DNA of 64,000 nt from Bryobacterales bacterium (GTDB lineage: Bacteria; Acidobacteriota; Terriglobia; Bryobacterales; UBA6623): NCBI GenBank assembly GCA_965217195.1, contig CBDCHL010000001.1:182175-246174 (forward strand), in the 5' to 3' direction. Below are positions 19,198 to 27,860 of the stretch, piece after piece (position 1 is the stretch's first letter; every line of letters starts with the position of its first letter). Made by a program: the position numbers and the translations under genes. The notes under the pieces were generated by a model, which saw only the letters and a program-made list of their open reading frames with translations, ran no database searches and was not told the DNA's origin.

Positions 19198-19878
19198 GTG
19201 ATGAAATCTAATTTCAGGCGACGCATTTTCGAGGCAGAGATGTCGCCACGAATGGCGACACGGCACGCTGTAAGCGTGCGCCACGTCGGGGCGTCCGGCA
19301 TAGCGGAGCTTCCGGGCAATTTTCGGGAGAGGCCCGTCTGGTTATGCGGAAAACCGTGCGCAGTCAGCCTGACGTTGTTTGTGACGGCGGTCCTTTGTGC
19401 TTGCCGGGGCGACGTTGTGGTTCATCCGCCGCCGGCCGAGGAGCGCTGGGTCTCGCCGTTTCCCGAGCCGCTTGACTCTTGGGTCGAGATGCGCCGGCCT
19501 GACGTCGAACGTTATCTGGTCTCGGGTGTTTGGGAAGTGCATTCGGAAACGAAGCGCTGGGTCGAGAAGCGCGGCGTTTTTCGGGCTCTTGTGCCGCCCT
19601 ACTATCCATTGAAGTTTCACATGGATTTCGAGCTGGCCGCCGAGCTGGTCGAGAAGGCGGGCGAAGTGCGGTTGAATATCGACGTCAACGGTGAGCGGTT
19701 CGGGACGTTCAGCTATGACACGCCGGGCCGCCACCGACTTGAGCAGGCCGTGAAACAAGGTAGCCTCCCCTGGGAGACCGATAGCGAAATCGCGATTGAG
19801 ATAATTCCGGCGCGCGAGCACCGTTGGAAGGATTTCGAGTTGGGGTTTCTGGTGACGAGCCTTGGGTTTCGGCTGTAG
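19198..19878 (+). CDS. Hypothetical lipoprotein (start uncertain)
   Basis: Hydrophobic stretch SLTLFVTAVLCAC with a lipobox-like L-C-A-C. No recognisable domain afterwards. Confidence 0.45.
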   Translation: MMKSNFRRRIFEAEMSPRMATRHAVSVRHVGASGIAELPGNFRERPVWLCGKPCAVSLTLFVTAVLCACRGDVVVHPPPAEERWVSPFPEPLDSWVEMRRPDVERYLVSGVWEVHSETKRWVEKRGVFRALVPPYYPLKFHMDFELAAELVEKAGEVRLNIDVNGERFGTFSYDTPGRHRLEQAVKQGSLPWETDSEIAIEIIPAREHRWKDFELGFLVTSLGFRL

Positions 19879-19897
19879 GGCAGACCTGCTGCGATTG

Positions 19898-19964
19898 GAC
19901 CGGCTGCCGGGCGGCCGGTCATGGCTCGCCCTGAGCCCCGAACGACCGTTGCCCACGGTCGTTC
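19898..19964 (+). terminator. Two consecutive GC-rich hairpins downstream of the lipoprotein gene (candidate intrinsic terminator without a U-tract)
   Basis: GACCGGC-9 nt-GCCGGTC (19898-19920), and an 11-bp perfect stem CGAACGACCGT-tgccc-ACGGTCGTTCG (19939-19965), starting 20 nt after the stop at 19878. Confidence 0.35.
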
Positions 19965-20025
19965 GCCCAAGCGGGGATTGTCGGTCGGTTTGCAGTGCCG
20001 GCCCGGACGGACCGGCCCAGTACTA

Positions 20026-20104
20026 AAAGACGCGGACGTCGCTGAAGTCTTCTGCGCGCGTGATTTGGAGCTGCCAATTCCAAAACCGACTGCGCGCAGT
20101 TCGG
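20026..20104 (+). repeat. 79-bp direct repeat, upstream copy (copy of an internal segment of the DUF5671 gene)
   Basis: aaagacgcggacgtcgctgaagtcttctgcgcgcgtgatttggagctgccaattccaaaaccgactgcgcgcagttcgg differs at 3 positions from 20444..20522. Confidence 0.9.
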
Positions 20105-20341
20105 AGCCGATGTGGAGCACGAGTTGAGCGGCAACCTGCTCGTGGATCCGAACGTCCGCCTCGCGGTTGATTCGAATCTCGAGCGCCCCGACCAGACCAT
20201 TGTGACACCTCACAAACTGTCACACCTCAGGTAGGCACAAAGCTCACTCCGCTCTAAACTCAACCAGACAAAAGGAACAGCAAGTCTCTCGTGCCGAGCC
20301 GGGCACCTCAACTCTCAAGGAACGAATCACCGATCAAAGGA

Positions 20342-21034
20342 ATGCGAACGATGGACGAAAAGCTCATCCGGTTTGTCGACCATGCGAGGGAGCAGCGCAT
20401 GGACTACGCGACGATCCGGCAGCTTTTGGTGTCAGCCGGTTGGAAAGACGCGGACTTCGCTGAAGTCTTCTGCGCGCGTGATTTGGAGCTGCCGATTCCA
20501 AAACCGACGGCGCGCAGTTCGGTTCGCACCCGGGGCCGGCCGGGATCAGTCTGGCCACGCAGAGCTCGGGATGGCTTTTCCCACCTGCTGACGTTCGGTG
20601 CTCTCTACACTTGGGCGACCAGCGTGATCCTGCTGTTCTTTACCTACATCAATTTTTCGTTTCCTGATCCGGCCTGGCGAACCAGCAATGCCCAACTGGT
20701 GCAGATCTTGTCGAACATTCGCGCTCAGCTGGCTATCGTCATCGTCGCTTTTCCAATCTTCCTGGCTCTGTGGCACTTCCTGTTGCGCGAGGTGGGACGG
20801 GATCCCGAAAAAGCGAGAGGAGCCATTCGCCGCTGGCTGGTGTATATGTCGATCTTCGTCGGCGCGCTTACGCTGGCGGGAGACGCTATCACCCTCATCT
20901 ACTATCTGCTCGAAGGGCAACTGACGCTTCGCTTGCTGCTGAAGGCGGCCGTCCTATTCCTGATCGCAGGAAGCCTGGTTCTCTATTTGGTGCTTACCGT
21001 GCGTAGCGAGACACAGGCGGAGGTGGAGAAATGA
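20342..21034 (+). CDS. DUF5671 domain-containing membrane protein
   Basis: ..SHLLTFGALYTWATSVILLFFTYINFSFPD.. and ..IRRWLVYMSIFVGALTLAGDAITLIYYLLEGQLTLRLLLKAAVLFLIAGS.. match the DUF5671 pattern as I remember it. Start at ATG 20342 or 20351. Confidence 0.65.
   Translation: MRTMDEKLIRFVDHAREQRMDYATIRQLLVSAGWKDADFAEVFCARDLELPIPKPTARSSVRTRGRPGSVWPRRARDGFSHLLTFGALYTWATSVILLFFTYINFSFPDPAWRTSNAQLVQILSNIRAQLAIVIVAFPIFLALWHFLLREVGRDPEKARGAIRRWLVYMSIFVGALTLAGDAITLIYYLLEGQLTLRLLLKAAVLFLIAGSLVLYLVLTVRSETQAEVEK
20444..20522 (+). repeat. 79-bp direct repeat, intragenic copy
   Basis: Pairs with 20026..20104. Encodes KDADFAEVFCARDLELPIPKPTARSS inside the DUF5671 gene. Confidence 0.9.
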
Positions 21035-21462
21035 CACCAAGAGCACATGTGGTGTTCTCAGTTGCTATGTCGATGGTGGTCGTTGTGGCCGTCGTTTGGG
21101 GTGTCGCCGTGGTCGGAACGCCAACGACGGCGCGTCTTCAGCGTTTCGATCATCAGAGACTCGAGGATTTGCGCACAATCTTCCGCGAGGTTCAATCGCT
21201 CTGCCAGGATCCGGACATCAAGGAAGAACTGAAGCGCGTCCTGCCCGATACGCTGGATGAATTGGCGACGCTGGCGCGATCCGAGCGGATCAATCTGACC
21301 GATCCACAGACGGGCCGGCCCTACATTTATACGGTCAAGGACGCGACGACCTACGAGTTGTGCGCCACGTTCTCATTGGAAAGGGATTCGGACGCGGAGG
21401 TTTTTTGGAACCATCCGCCAGGCAAGCACTGCTTCGCCGTAGATGCTTTGGACCCGCCGTAA
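21031..21462 (+). CDS. Hypothetical membrane-anchored protein, translationally coupled (ATGA overlap) to the DUF5671 gene
   Basis: One N-terminal TM helix (VVFSVAMSMVVVVAVVWGVAVV), then a soluble domain ending ..CATFSLERDSDAEVFWNHPPGKHCF. Confidence 0.55.
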   Translation: MTPRAHVVFSVAMSMVVVVAVVWGVAVVGTPTTARLQRFDHQRLEDLRTIFREVQSLCQDPDIKEELKRVLPDTLDELATLARSERINLTDPQTGRPYIYTVKDATTYELCATFSLERDSDAEVFWNHPPGKHCFAVDALDPP

Positions 21463-21561
21463 GGGATAAGGATCAGCAACGCCAGTGACGTAAGTCTCTG
21501 AAGTGAACCGGGTGACCTGATGACCCTTGCAACAAAAACAAGCTCGGCAACCGGCCGCACG

Positions 21562-22464
21562 ATGCATCGTCGACACAGTCTATCCGCCGTTCTGGTTCTT
21601 GGAGGATTTCTATCGGGATGCATGACGCCGGCGGTTGCGCAAGTTACTAACGACCTCTTTGAACAGGACGAGGTTGTCACCGGCCCTGCGAAACGACAGA
21701 CCGTTCTGACGGGCCACGCCCTCGTGCCGGCGACGGTGTTCGCCCCGCCTGCATCGGGGGAGCTAAGCGCGGGCTCGTCGAACGTGACAGAGCCGCGCGC
21801 GACACCGGGCCACGACGAAATCGACCTGTTCATGAAGCCGCGGTTCGACAACCGCACTTTCGCGCTCGCCACGCCGGCGGGAATTCCGCGGTCCAGCTTC
21901 CGGCGCGACGACGATGAAGTCCATGGCGACAGTGCTAAACGAGAGCTAAAAAGGCACCACATCGGTATTCAGGCAGGCATTTTTAACCCATCTACTGATG
22001 TCATTGAGCTGGAGGACGCAAATCTAGATGTTGAAGGGAACAGGTTTGTGGGCGCCCTCAACATACCCAGCTACCGCTATTCGCTAAGTCCGTTCATCGA
22101 TGTCGCCGTAGATCTTGTAAGGCATTGGATAGGCCGGTGGCCTAGTCCTGCATCGCAGGGAGTTAAAGTGGCAGGCGGCTACATAGGGCCGGGCATACGC
22201 GTCAACGGGCTGGACAGGACAAAAGGGAGCAGAGTCATACCATACGTTCAAGGGAACATCTACCTCGTTCAGGAGCAACTCACGACACCTGAGGAGACAT
22301 TTATTGAATACGGTGTTGGATTTGGCTTCAGTGGTGGCGCGGATCTCGCTATTAGCCGTCTGATTTCCATTCCGATTGAAGCCACTTACGTCGTAACAGG
22401 CGGTGACAAGATAAATGATTTATCCGGATTCGGTCTGTTTGTGGGAGTCAACTTCAATTTTTGA
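21562..22464 (+). CDS. Lipoprotein-signal protein with C-terminal outer-membrane beta-barrel-like domain
   Basis: MHRRHSLSAVLVLGGFLSGC (lipobox LSGC). The C-terminus has alternating beta-strand character and ends ..GFGLFVGVNFNF (terminal Phe, OMP signature). The 3' half is about 50% GC by eye. Confidence 0.55.
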   Translation: MHRRHSLSAVLVLGGFLSGCMTPAVAQVTNDLFEQDEVVTGPAKRQTVLTGHALVPATVFAPPASGELSAGSSNVTEPRATPGHDEIDLFMKPRFDNRTFALATPAGIPRSSFRRDDDEVHGDSAKRELKRHHIGIQAGIFNPSTDVIELEDANLDVEGNRFVGALNIPSYRYSLSPFIDVAVDLVRHWIGRWPSPASQGVKVAGGYIGPGIRVNGLDRTKGSRVIPYVQGNIYLVQEQLTTPEETFIEYGVGFGFSGGADLAISRLISIPIEATYVVTGGDKINDLSGFGLFVGVNFNF

Positions 22465-22466
22465 CT

Positions 22467-23113
22467 ATGCCGGGACAGAGATTCGCCGGCCCGGCCGCTC
22501 AGCAGTTCGGCACGCCCGTCTCCCTCTTTTCCTCCGATCGGGAGCAGCGCCTCTGGGCCCGGACACCGGCCGTCGTGGTTGCGATCTACTCGACCCTCGC
22601 GTTGGGGGGGCGCTCGCGGGCGCAGTGAGCCAGGACCTGCTCGCGGCCGGTGTTCTTCTCTGCATGCTCCTGGTCTTGGCGACCATCATGACGCAGGGGC
22701 TGAGGGCGAGGCCGGGCGGCGCCGAGATCGGAATCGCGTTGGGCATCCCAGCCGCCTACATATTGGTGTTCCTCCGGATGAACGGTTCCGTGACGGAACG
22801 CACCCACCTCATGGAGTACGGCGTGGTGACCGTCTTCATCCATGAAGCGCTCACGGAGCGAGCGGGCCAAGGTCGCCGCGTCCCCGTACCCGCCCTGCTC
22901 GCCGTCCTGGCGGCGTCGCTGGTTGGAGTACTCGACGAATGTATCCAGTTGTTTCTGCCCAGCCGCGTGTTCGACCCCGAGGACATCCTGTTCAACGTCC
23001 TGGCAGCCGTGATGGCGGTCGCCGCGAGCGTGGCGCTGGGTTGGGCACGGCTGCGGATGGGTGAACCGGGGGAACCCCGAGGGAACCCGGGGAACCGGGA
23101 CAGGAAGGCGTAA
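22467..23113 (+). CDS. VanZ-like family membrane protein; reading frame broken at a G7 run (22604-22610)
   Basis: ATG 22467 starts 3 nt after the upstream stop and gives MPGQRF..RLWARTPAVVVAIYSTLALGG, then hits a stop. The rest (..ALAGAVSQDLLAAGVLL..LDECIQLFLPSRVFDPEDILFNVLAAV, VanZ motif) is in the -1 frame (ORF 22415..23113). One extra G would restore the frame. Confidence 0.55.
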
Positions 23114-23254
23114 AGGAGTTGTCCATTGCCAAAGATCCGTGCCGGCGGGCGTAGCAAGCTACGCCCCTACGTCAGTGATTCGTCGGTCTTTGCGGGTTGT
23201 AGGGGTGCAGCTTGCTGCGCCCGCTGCTACCGAGTCGCCCATTCAGAAGCCGGC

Positions 23255-24901
23255 TTGGCAACCGAACGCACAAGGCGCCATCGGCGCACCCTGTCCTCCG
23301 TTCTGGTTCTTGGAGGATTTCTATCGGGATGCGTGACGCCGGCGGTTGCGCAAGTTCCTAACGACCTCTTTGAACAGCACGAGGTCGTCATCGGCGCCGC
23401 GGAACGCCAGACCGTTTTGACGGGATTTTTTCTCGGACGAGCTATGGCGGAACTTGCCGTGGTGAACATCGACGAGAACGACGACCGCCGCTTGCGCATC
23501 TACGCGTTCGCCGACGGCACCTGGGCGCCGAGACTCGACGCAACGCTCGGTCCCGAAGTGTTGTTCGTCGACGTGGCCAACATCGGCGGGCGCGACCGGT
23601 TGGTGACGTACGAGCGCGACCGCCTGAACTGGTTCGATCCCGAATCGGCGACGGAACGCGCGCTGGTGGCGGTTACTTCCAACTTCAACCCGCCTCGCCG
23701 AGGCGAAATCCCCCATGTAGACGTCACTCGGGACGTGAACGGCGACGACCGCGACGACCTGGTGGTGCCGGACGTCGACGGCTTCTGGGTGTTCATCCAG
23801 ATGGAGGGCGGCGCGTTCGCCCATCCACTGAAGGTCGGTCCCTCCACCGACATGAGCCGGATCCTGGGAGCCGACGGCTATCGATACGACCCCTGGAGCC
23901 AGAGCCGTGTCCACGAGATCGACTACGACCAGGATGGTCGAAGCGATCTGGTGTTCTGGAACGAGGACCACTTCGAGGTCCACACCCAGAACGAGCGAGG
24001 GTTGTTCGCCCCGGTGGCGGAGACCTTCACGACCGACGTGGCCTTCGACTCCGACGAGCTCTCCTCGGTCGCCACCGGAGACATGACGGGGAGGGTGCTG
24101 CACTCGTTAGCCGACCTGAACGGCGACGGCGTCGGTGACCTAGTAGTTTTCTCGCTGGAGGGCCGGAGTATCTCCAGAAAGCAGTCCGCCTACGAGGTGC
24201 ATTTTGGCAGACCTGTACCCGCCGGCGGCACTGCGTTCGCGCCGGAGGTCGGGGCCGCGTTCAGATCGGACGGCAGAATCCAGCTCGGGATGGACCGACA
24301 CGACTTCGGTCCCGACGGCGGGACCCTGCTGATGTTCACAACCATCGAGGTCAGGTTCCTCAGCGGCAGCCTCTGGAAGAGCATCAAAGGGTTCATGGGC
24401 GATGACATCTGGCTGGAGCTCGAGTTCTACCGCATGGAAGGGGGCCGCTATCCCGACAAACCCAACGCCACGCGCAGAATCGCTTTGGACGGTCCGCCCA
24501 GCCATCGCGAGCCGGGGTGGGTGCCACTGGACATCGTGCTTCGAGGGGGGTCGCACGAGAGCCGGAAGACGCAGAAGGGTTACCCGCGCGCATTCAACAC
24601 GACCTTGCGCATCGGGGATGTGACCGGCGACGGCCGCTCGGACCTGCTTCGCGCGGATCACCCTCGGATCATGGACGTCTTCGTCGGCGTGCCGGGGCCG
24701 GACGTGTTCCCCCAGCGGCCTCAGAACGTGAGGGGCGTCTTGCCCAACGACGAGGAATACACCTGGCTGGTGGATCTCGACAAGGACGGCAAACAGGATG
24801 TCCTCATGCATCACCCGTTCACTCTGAAGGATGCTCACGGGGGGCGGAAACTGCCGCCGGGAACCGAGCCGCATCGGGTGACGATGTTGATCGCCCGATG
24901 A
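23255..24901 (+). CDS. FG-GAP/VCBS repeat lipoprotein
   Basis: Repeated D.(N/D)GD(G/D)..D(L)(V/L)V motifs (DVNGDDRDDLVV, DYDQDGRSDLVF, DLNGDGVGDLVV, DVTGDGRSDLL, DLDKDGKQDVLM). Signal ..LSSVLVLGGFLSGC with lipobox. Start guessed at in-frame TTG 23255; the longest ORF starts at 23126. Confidence 0.7.
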   Translation: MATERTRRHRRTLSSVLVLGGFLSGCVTPAVAQVPNDLFEQHEVVIGAAERQTVLTGFFLGRAMAELAVVNIDENDDRRLRIYAFADGTWAPRLDATLGPEVLFVDVANIGGRDRLVTYERDRLNWFDPESATERALVAVTSNFNPPRRGEIPHVDVTRDVNGDDRDDLVVPDVDGFWVFIQMEGGAFAHPLKVGPSTDMSRILGADGYRYDPWSQSRVHEIDYDQDGRSDLVFWNEDHFEVHTQNERGLFAPVAETFTTDVAFDSDELSSVATGDMTGRVLHSLADLNGDGVGDLVVFSLEGRSISRKQSAYEVHFGRPVPAGGTAFAPEVGAAFRSDGRIQLGMDRHDFGPDGGTLLMFTTIEVRFLSGSLWKSIKGFMGDDIWLELEFYRMEGGRYPDKPNATRRIALDGPPSHREPGWVPLDIVLRGGSHESRKTQKGYPRAFNTTLRIGDVTGDGRSDLLRADHPRIMDVFVGVPGPDVFPQRPQNVRGVLPNDEEYTWLVDLDKDGKQDVLMHHPFTLKDAHGGRKLPPGTEPHRVTMLIAR

Positions 24902-25118
24902 GATCCATTCAGGAACAGCGGGAGACCGGGCAAACGATGATGACGAGGGTTGAACGTGCCAGTGTCGGATAGGGCTTGTGGCTTCAATGGGTGCCGGCAA
25001 GCACCATAAGCGGCGGCACGGCCTTCGGCCTGCTCAGGGCCCTGACCCTGTCCGGGCACCAGGCCCCGGGCTCGGTCTATCAGTGCCCTGAGACGGCGTT
25101 CGGTGGCGGCGAGAGCCC

Positions 25119-25147
25119 TTGACAGACCTGGATTCACGGCCAAGAAT
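25119..25147 (+). promoter_or_regulatory. Candidate promoter TTGACA-17 nt-AAGAAT upstream of rpiB
   Basis: Perfect -35 hexamer at 25119-25124 and a weak -10 at 25142-25147, 13 nt before ATG 25161. Confidence 0.3.
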
Positions 25148-25160
25148 AGGAACTGTGAAG

Positions 25161-25625
25161 ATGGCAGTTGGCAGTGACTCCGTTTCCAATCTGACTCACC
25201 AGATCACGGCTTATCTGGAAGAGAAGGGCATTGAACTGATCCGTTGCGGCAGCCTGGCGGGAGAGGAGGCGGACTATGTGGATGCTGCCCGTGACGTGGC
25301 TGAAGCCGTAGCGGCCGGAAAATGCGAACAGGGACTGATTTTTTGCAACACGGGGACAGGAGTCACGATTGTGGCGAACAAGGTCCCCGGCGTTCGAGCG
25401 ACCCTTTGCCCGGACAGCTTTTCCGCGAGTATCGCTCGACTGGCCAACAATGCCAACGTGATCGTGTTGGGGATGCGGCTGACCGGAGAGATGCACGCCA
25501 GGGAAATCGTGGACACTTGGCTGGCGACCGGTCCTTCCACGGAAGAGCGCCGGGTCAACTTCCACCGCAAGACGGACGAGTTGGATCGACAGTACCGCAA
25601 GACCTCGTCCCCGACGACCGACTGA
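25161..25625 (+). CDS. rpiB: Ribose-5-phosphate isomerase B (RpiB/LacA/LacB family)
   Basis: MAVGSDS..GLIFCNTGTGVTIVANKVPGVRA..ARLANNANVIVLGMRL.. is the canonical RpiB pattern. GTG 25155 is an alternative start. Confidence 0.85.
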   Translation: MAVGSDSVSNLTHQITAYLEEKGIELIRCGSLAGEEADYVDAARDVAEAVAAGKCEQGLIFCNTGTGVTIVANKVPGVRATLCPDSFSASIARLANNANVIVLGMRLTGEMHAREIVDTWLATGPSTEERRVNFHRKTDELDRQYRKTSSPTTD

Positions 25626-25664
25626 GTTTCGCCGGCCTCGGGGCAGGAATGGCAGACAAGGAGG

Positions 25665-26561
25665 ATGGGAGAAAGACGAATGCCCAACCGTAAAATTTCA
25701 GAAGTCGACCCTTATGATCGAAAGCGCGTTCAGATATTGGATAGTCATATTTCCTATATAGATGTTGGGGTTGGCGATCCCGTAGTCTTCTTGCACGGAA
25801 ATGGCACCTTTTCTTACCTATGGCGCAACATCACACCGTATGTGGAACCCCTGGGACGCTGCCTCGTGCCGGATCTGATGGGGTGTGGTGACTCGGGGAG
25901 AATTCCCGGAGGATCGTACCGTATCGCTGATCAAGCTAAGTATCTAGACGCCTGGTTCGAGGCGATGGATCTCGGGGGGAGGATTACCCTTGTTTTACAC
26001 GACTGGGGCGGTCCTCTCGGATTCGATTGGGCTTTCCGCCACCAAGATCAGATCAAGGGCATCGTCTACATGGAGACACTGGTCCAACCCGTAAGTTGGG
26101 ATGACTGGCCGGAAATAAGAAGAGACCTATTTCAGCAGTTTCGCTCGCCCAGGGGCGAAGAGCTCGTACTGCGGGATAACTTCTTTCTCGAGACCATCCA
26201 GACTCGTATGGTGCGGAACCTGACAGAGAAGGAGATGGATACCTATCGCCGGCCGTATCTAGAACCGGGCGAATCTCGACGTCCTACCTTGACATTTACC
26301 AGGGAGTGCCCGATAGGAGGAGAACCAGCCGACGTCATTGAGATGATTAACCGCTGCGGAGCGTGGTTGTCTACCAGTCAGTTGCCGAAGCTGTTTATTA
26401 ATGCCTATCCGGGCTCCATCTTGACAGGGCGACAGCGAGATTTTTGCCGAACGTGGCCGAACCAAAAAGAGAGAACTGTGCTAGGCATACACTATATCCA
26501 GGAAGATTCGCCTCATCAGATTGGCGAGGGGATTTCAGATTTCATGAAATCAATAGGCTGA
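25665..26561 (+). CDS. Haloalkane dehalogenase family alpha/beta hydrolase (HLD-II-like)
   Basis: VVFLHGNGTFSYLWRNITPYV, DLMGCGDSG, LVLHDWGGPLGFDWAFRH (nucleophile Asp), GIVYMET, and the C-terminal GIHYIQEDSPHQIG (catalytic His). Noticeably lower GC than its neighbours. Confidence 0.8.
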   Translation: MGERRMPNRKISEVDPYDRKRVQILDSHISYIDVGVGDPVVFLHGNGTFSYLWRNITPYVEPLGRCLVPDLMGCGDSGRIPGGSYRIADQAKYLDAWFEAMDLGGRITLVLHDWGGPLGFDWAFRHQDQIKGIVYMETLVQPVSWDDWPEIRRDLFQQFRSPRGEELVLRDNFFLETIQTRMVRNLTEKEMDTYRRPYLEPGESRRPTLTFTRECPIGGEPADVIEMINRCGAWLSTSQLPKLFINAYPGSILTGRQRDFCRTWPNQKERTVLGIHYIQEDSPHQIGEGISDFMKSIG

Positions 26562-26617
26562 ATCCGACGCAGTCCCCATCGAGAACTTTATCCTGAATCA
26601 CTTCCGCGTGCCGATCG

Positions 26618-27799
26618 ATGGCGGCGCCGTGGTCCTTCCCCCCAGCGCATCTTGGAGTTGTCAGGGTTATGCCGAACGTCGTTGAGGAAATTCCTATCGA
26701 GTTGAAACCCGCCGCGGACGCTGCGCTGGCCTGGATCAACCAGGAACGCGGTGCACAATTCAAGCTCACAGGACTCGTTGACCCTGACAAGGCTATGGGC
26801 CAAAAAACAGGTCAGCCGATCGAATTGGGGCTGGTCCTATGCGAGGGCGACCTGCGTCGTCGCGAGCAGGTGCGGGTGGAGGCCAAGGGCCAAGGCTTCG
26901 AGGTCGGCGCGATCGAAGCCGAGACGTCGGTGATCCCGCCCCATCTCGACCCGCCGTCCGGTGTGCGACAGAGCTGGCTGGACGATCAACTTGGGAAGCA
27001 CGCCTTCATCGTGCTCCTTTTCTACCGCGGGCTCTGGTGACCGCCCTGTCGCTCCGAGTTGCGGAGCTATGCAGAGTCCGGGGTTGTCGACGCGATCCGC
27101 CAAGCCGGTGGTGAAGTCTTCGGCCTAACGAGTGAGCCGCAGAGCCTCGCGACAGAGGCCGAGGAGACGTGGGAGATCGGTTTCCCTTCCGTCGGCGATC
27201 CCCATCACGAGATTCGGGGCGCCTGTCGAGCGCACGGTTTCTTAGACCTATTCGCGAACGAGGACTACGGACATTTGAGGTCGAGGTCCTGGGCCGCCCA
27301 TCCGAAGGGCTATTTCCAACCGGGCGTGTTGGCGCTCACGAATGAAGGCCGAGTGCTCTATCGGTGGCGATTGCGCCCGACGCGCAAGAATATGAGCGGC
27401 GCCGGCCGGCGCCCAACCCCTGGATACGTGTGGGCGCAGATGCAGCCGCGGCTCGCGGACGGCACCGATGACGCGAAGTTGGACGAGTTTCCTGAGTACG
27501 CCAAGAAGGACCGGTGGTGGCCGTACAACGTCGCGATAATGCTGGCGCACGGTTGGTTCTTGCGTCCAAAGGCGTTCCCGCTCGCGCGTACCGGTGACAA
27601 GCCGTCCGCGAAACCTCAGAGGATGAAGTGGCGCATCGCCATTTTCGTCGGCGCTTGGATCGCGGCGTTCGCGCTCCTTCCGACCGGTTGGGTGGCGCTG
27701 GGTCTGGCCGCCTGGGGAGCACTCGCATGCCCCGGGGTGGTGGAGATTCACCGACAGTTCCAGAACGTACCAAAAAACCGTGAACCCGATCCGGTTTGA
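26618..27799 (+). CDS. Prx-like2/AhpC-TSA-type redoxin with in-frame TGA (27038-27040) at the first Cys of the CxxC motif: candidate selenoprotein, with a C-terminal membrane region
   Basis: ORFs 26618..27040 and 27059..27799 share one frame. Read-through gives ..GKHAFIVLLFYRGLW-[TGA]-PPCRSELRSYAESGVVDAIRQAGGEVFGLTSEPQ..FPSVGDPHHEI..YFQPGVLALTNEGRVLYRW, and the family motif is FYRG.WCP.C. The C-terminus has hydrophobic helices (IAIFVGAWIAAFALLPTGWVALGLAAWGALA). Confidence 0.6.
27046..27074 (+). promoter_or_regulatory. SECIS-like stem-loop immediately downstream of the in-frame TGA
   Basis: Upper stem GCUCCG/CGGAGC (27051-56/27062-67), apical loop AGUUG (27057-61), lower stem CUG/CAG (27046-48/27072-74). 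The stem starts 11 nt after the UGA, and the loop starts 19 nt from its U. Confidence 0.45.
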
Positions 27800-27860
27800 C
27801 GCTCAACCGCCCGGATAGCCTGGCCGCCTTATCCGGGGGTCGATCGGAAGTGGAGGATGT

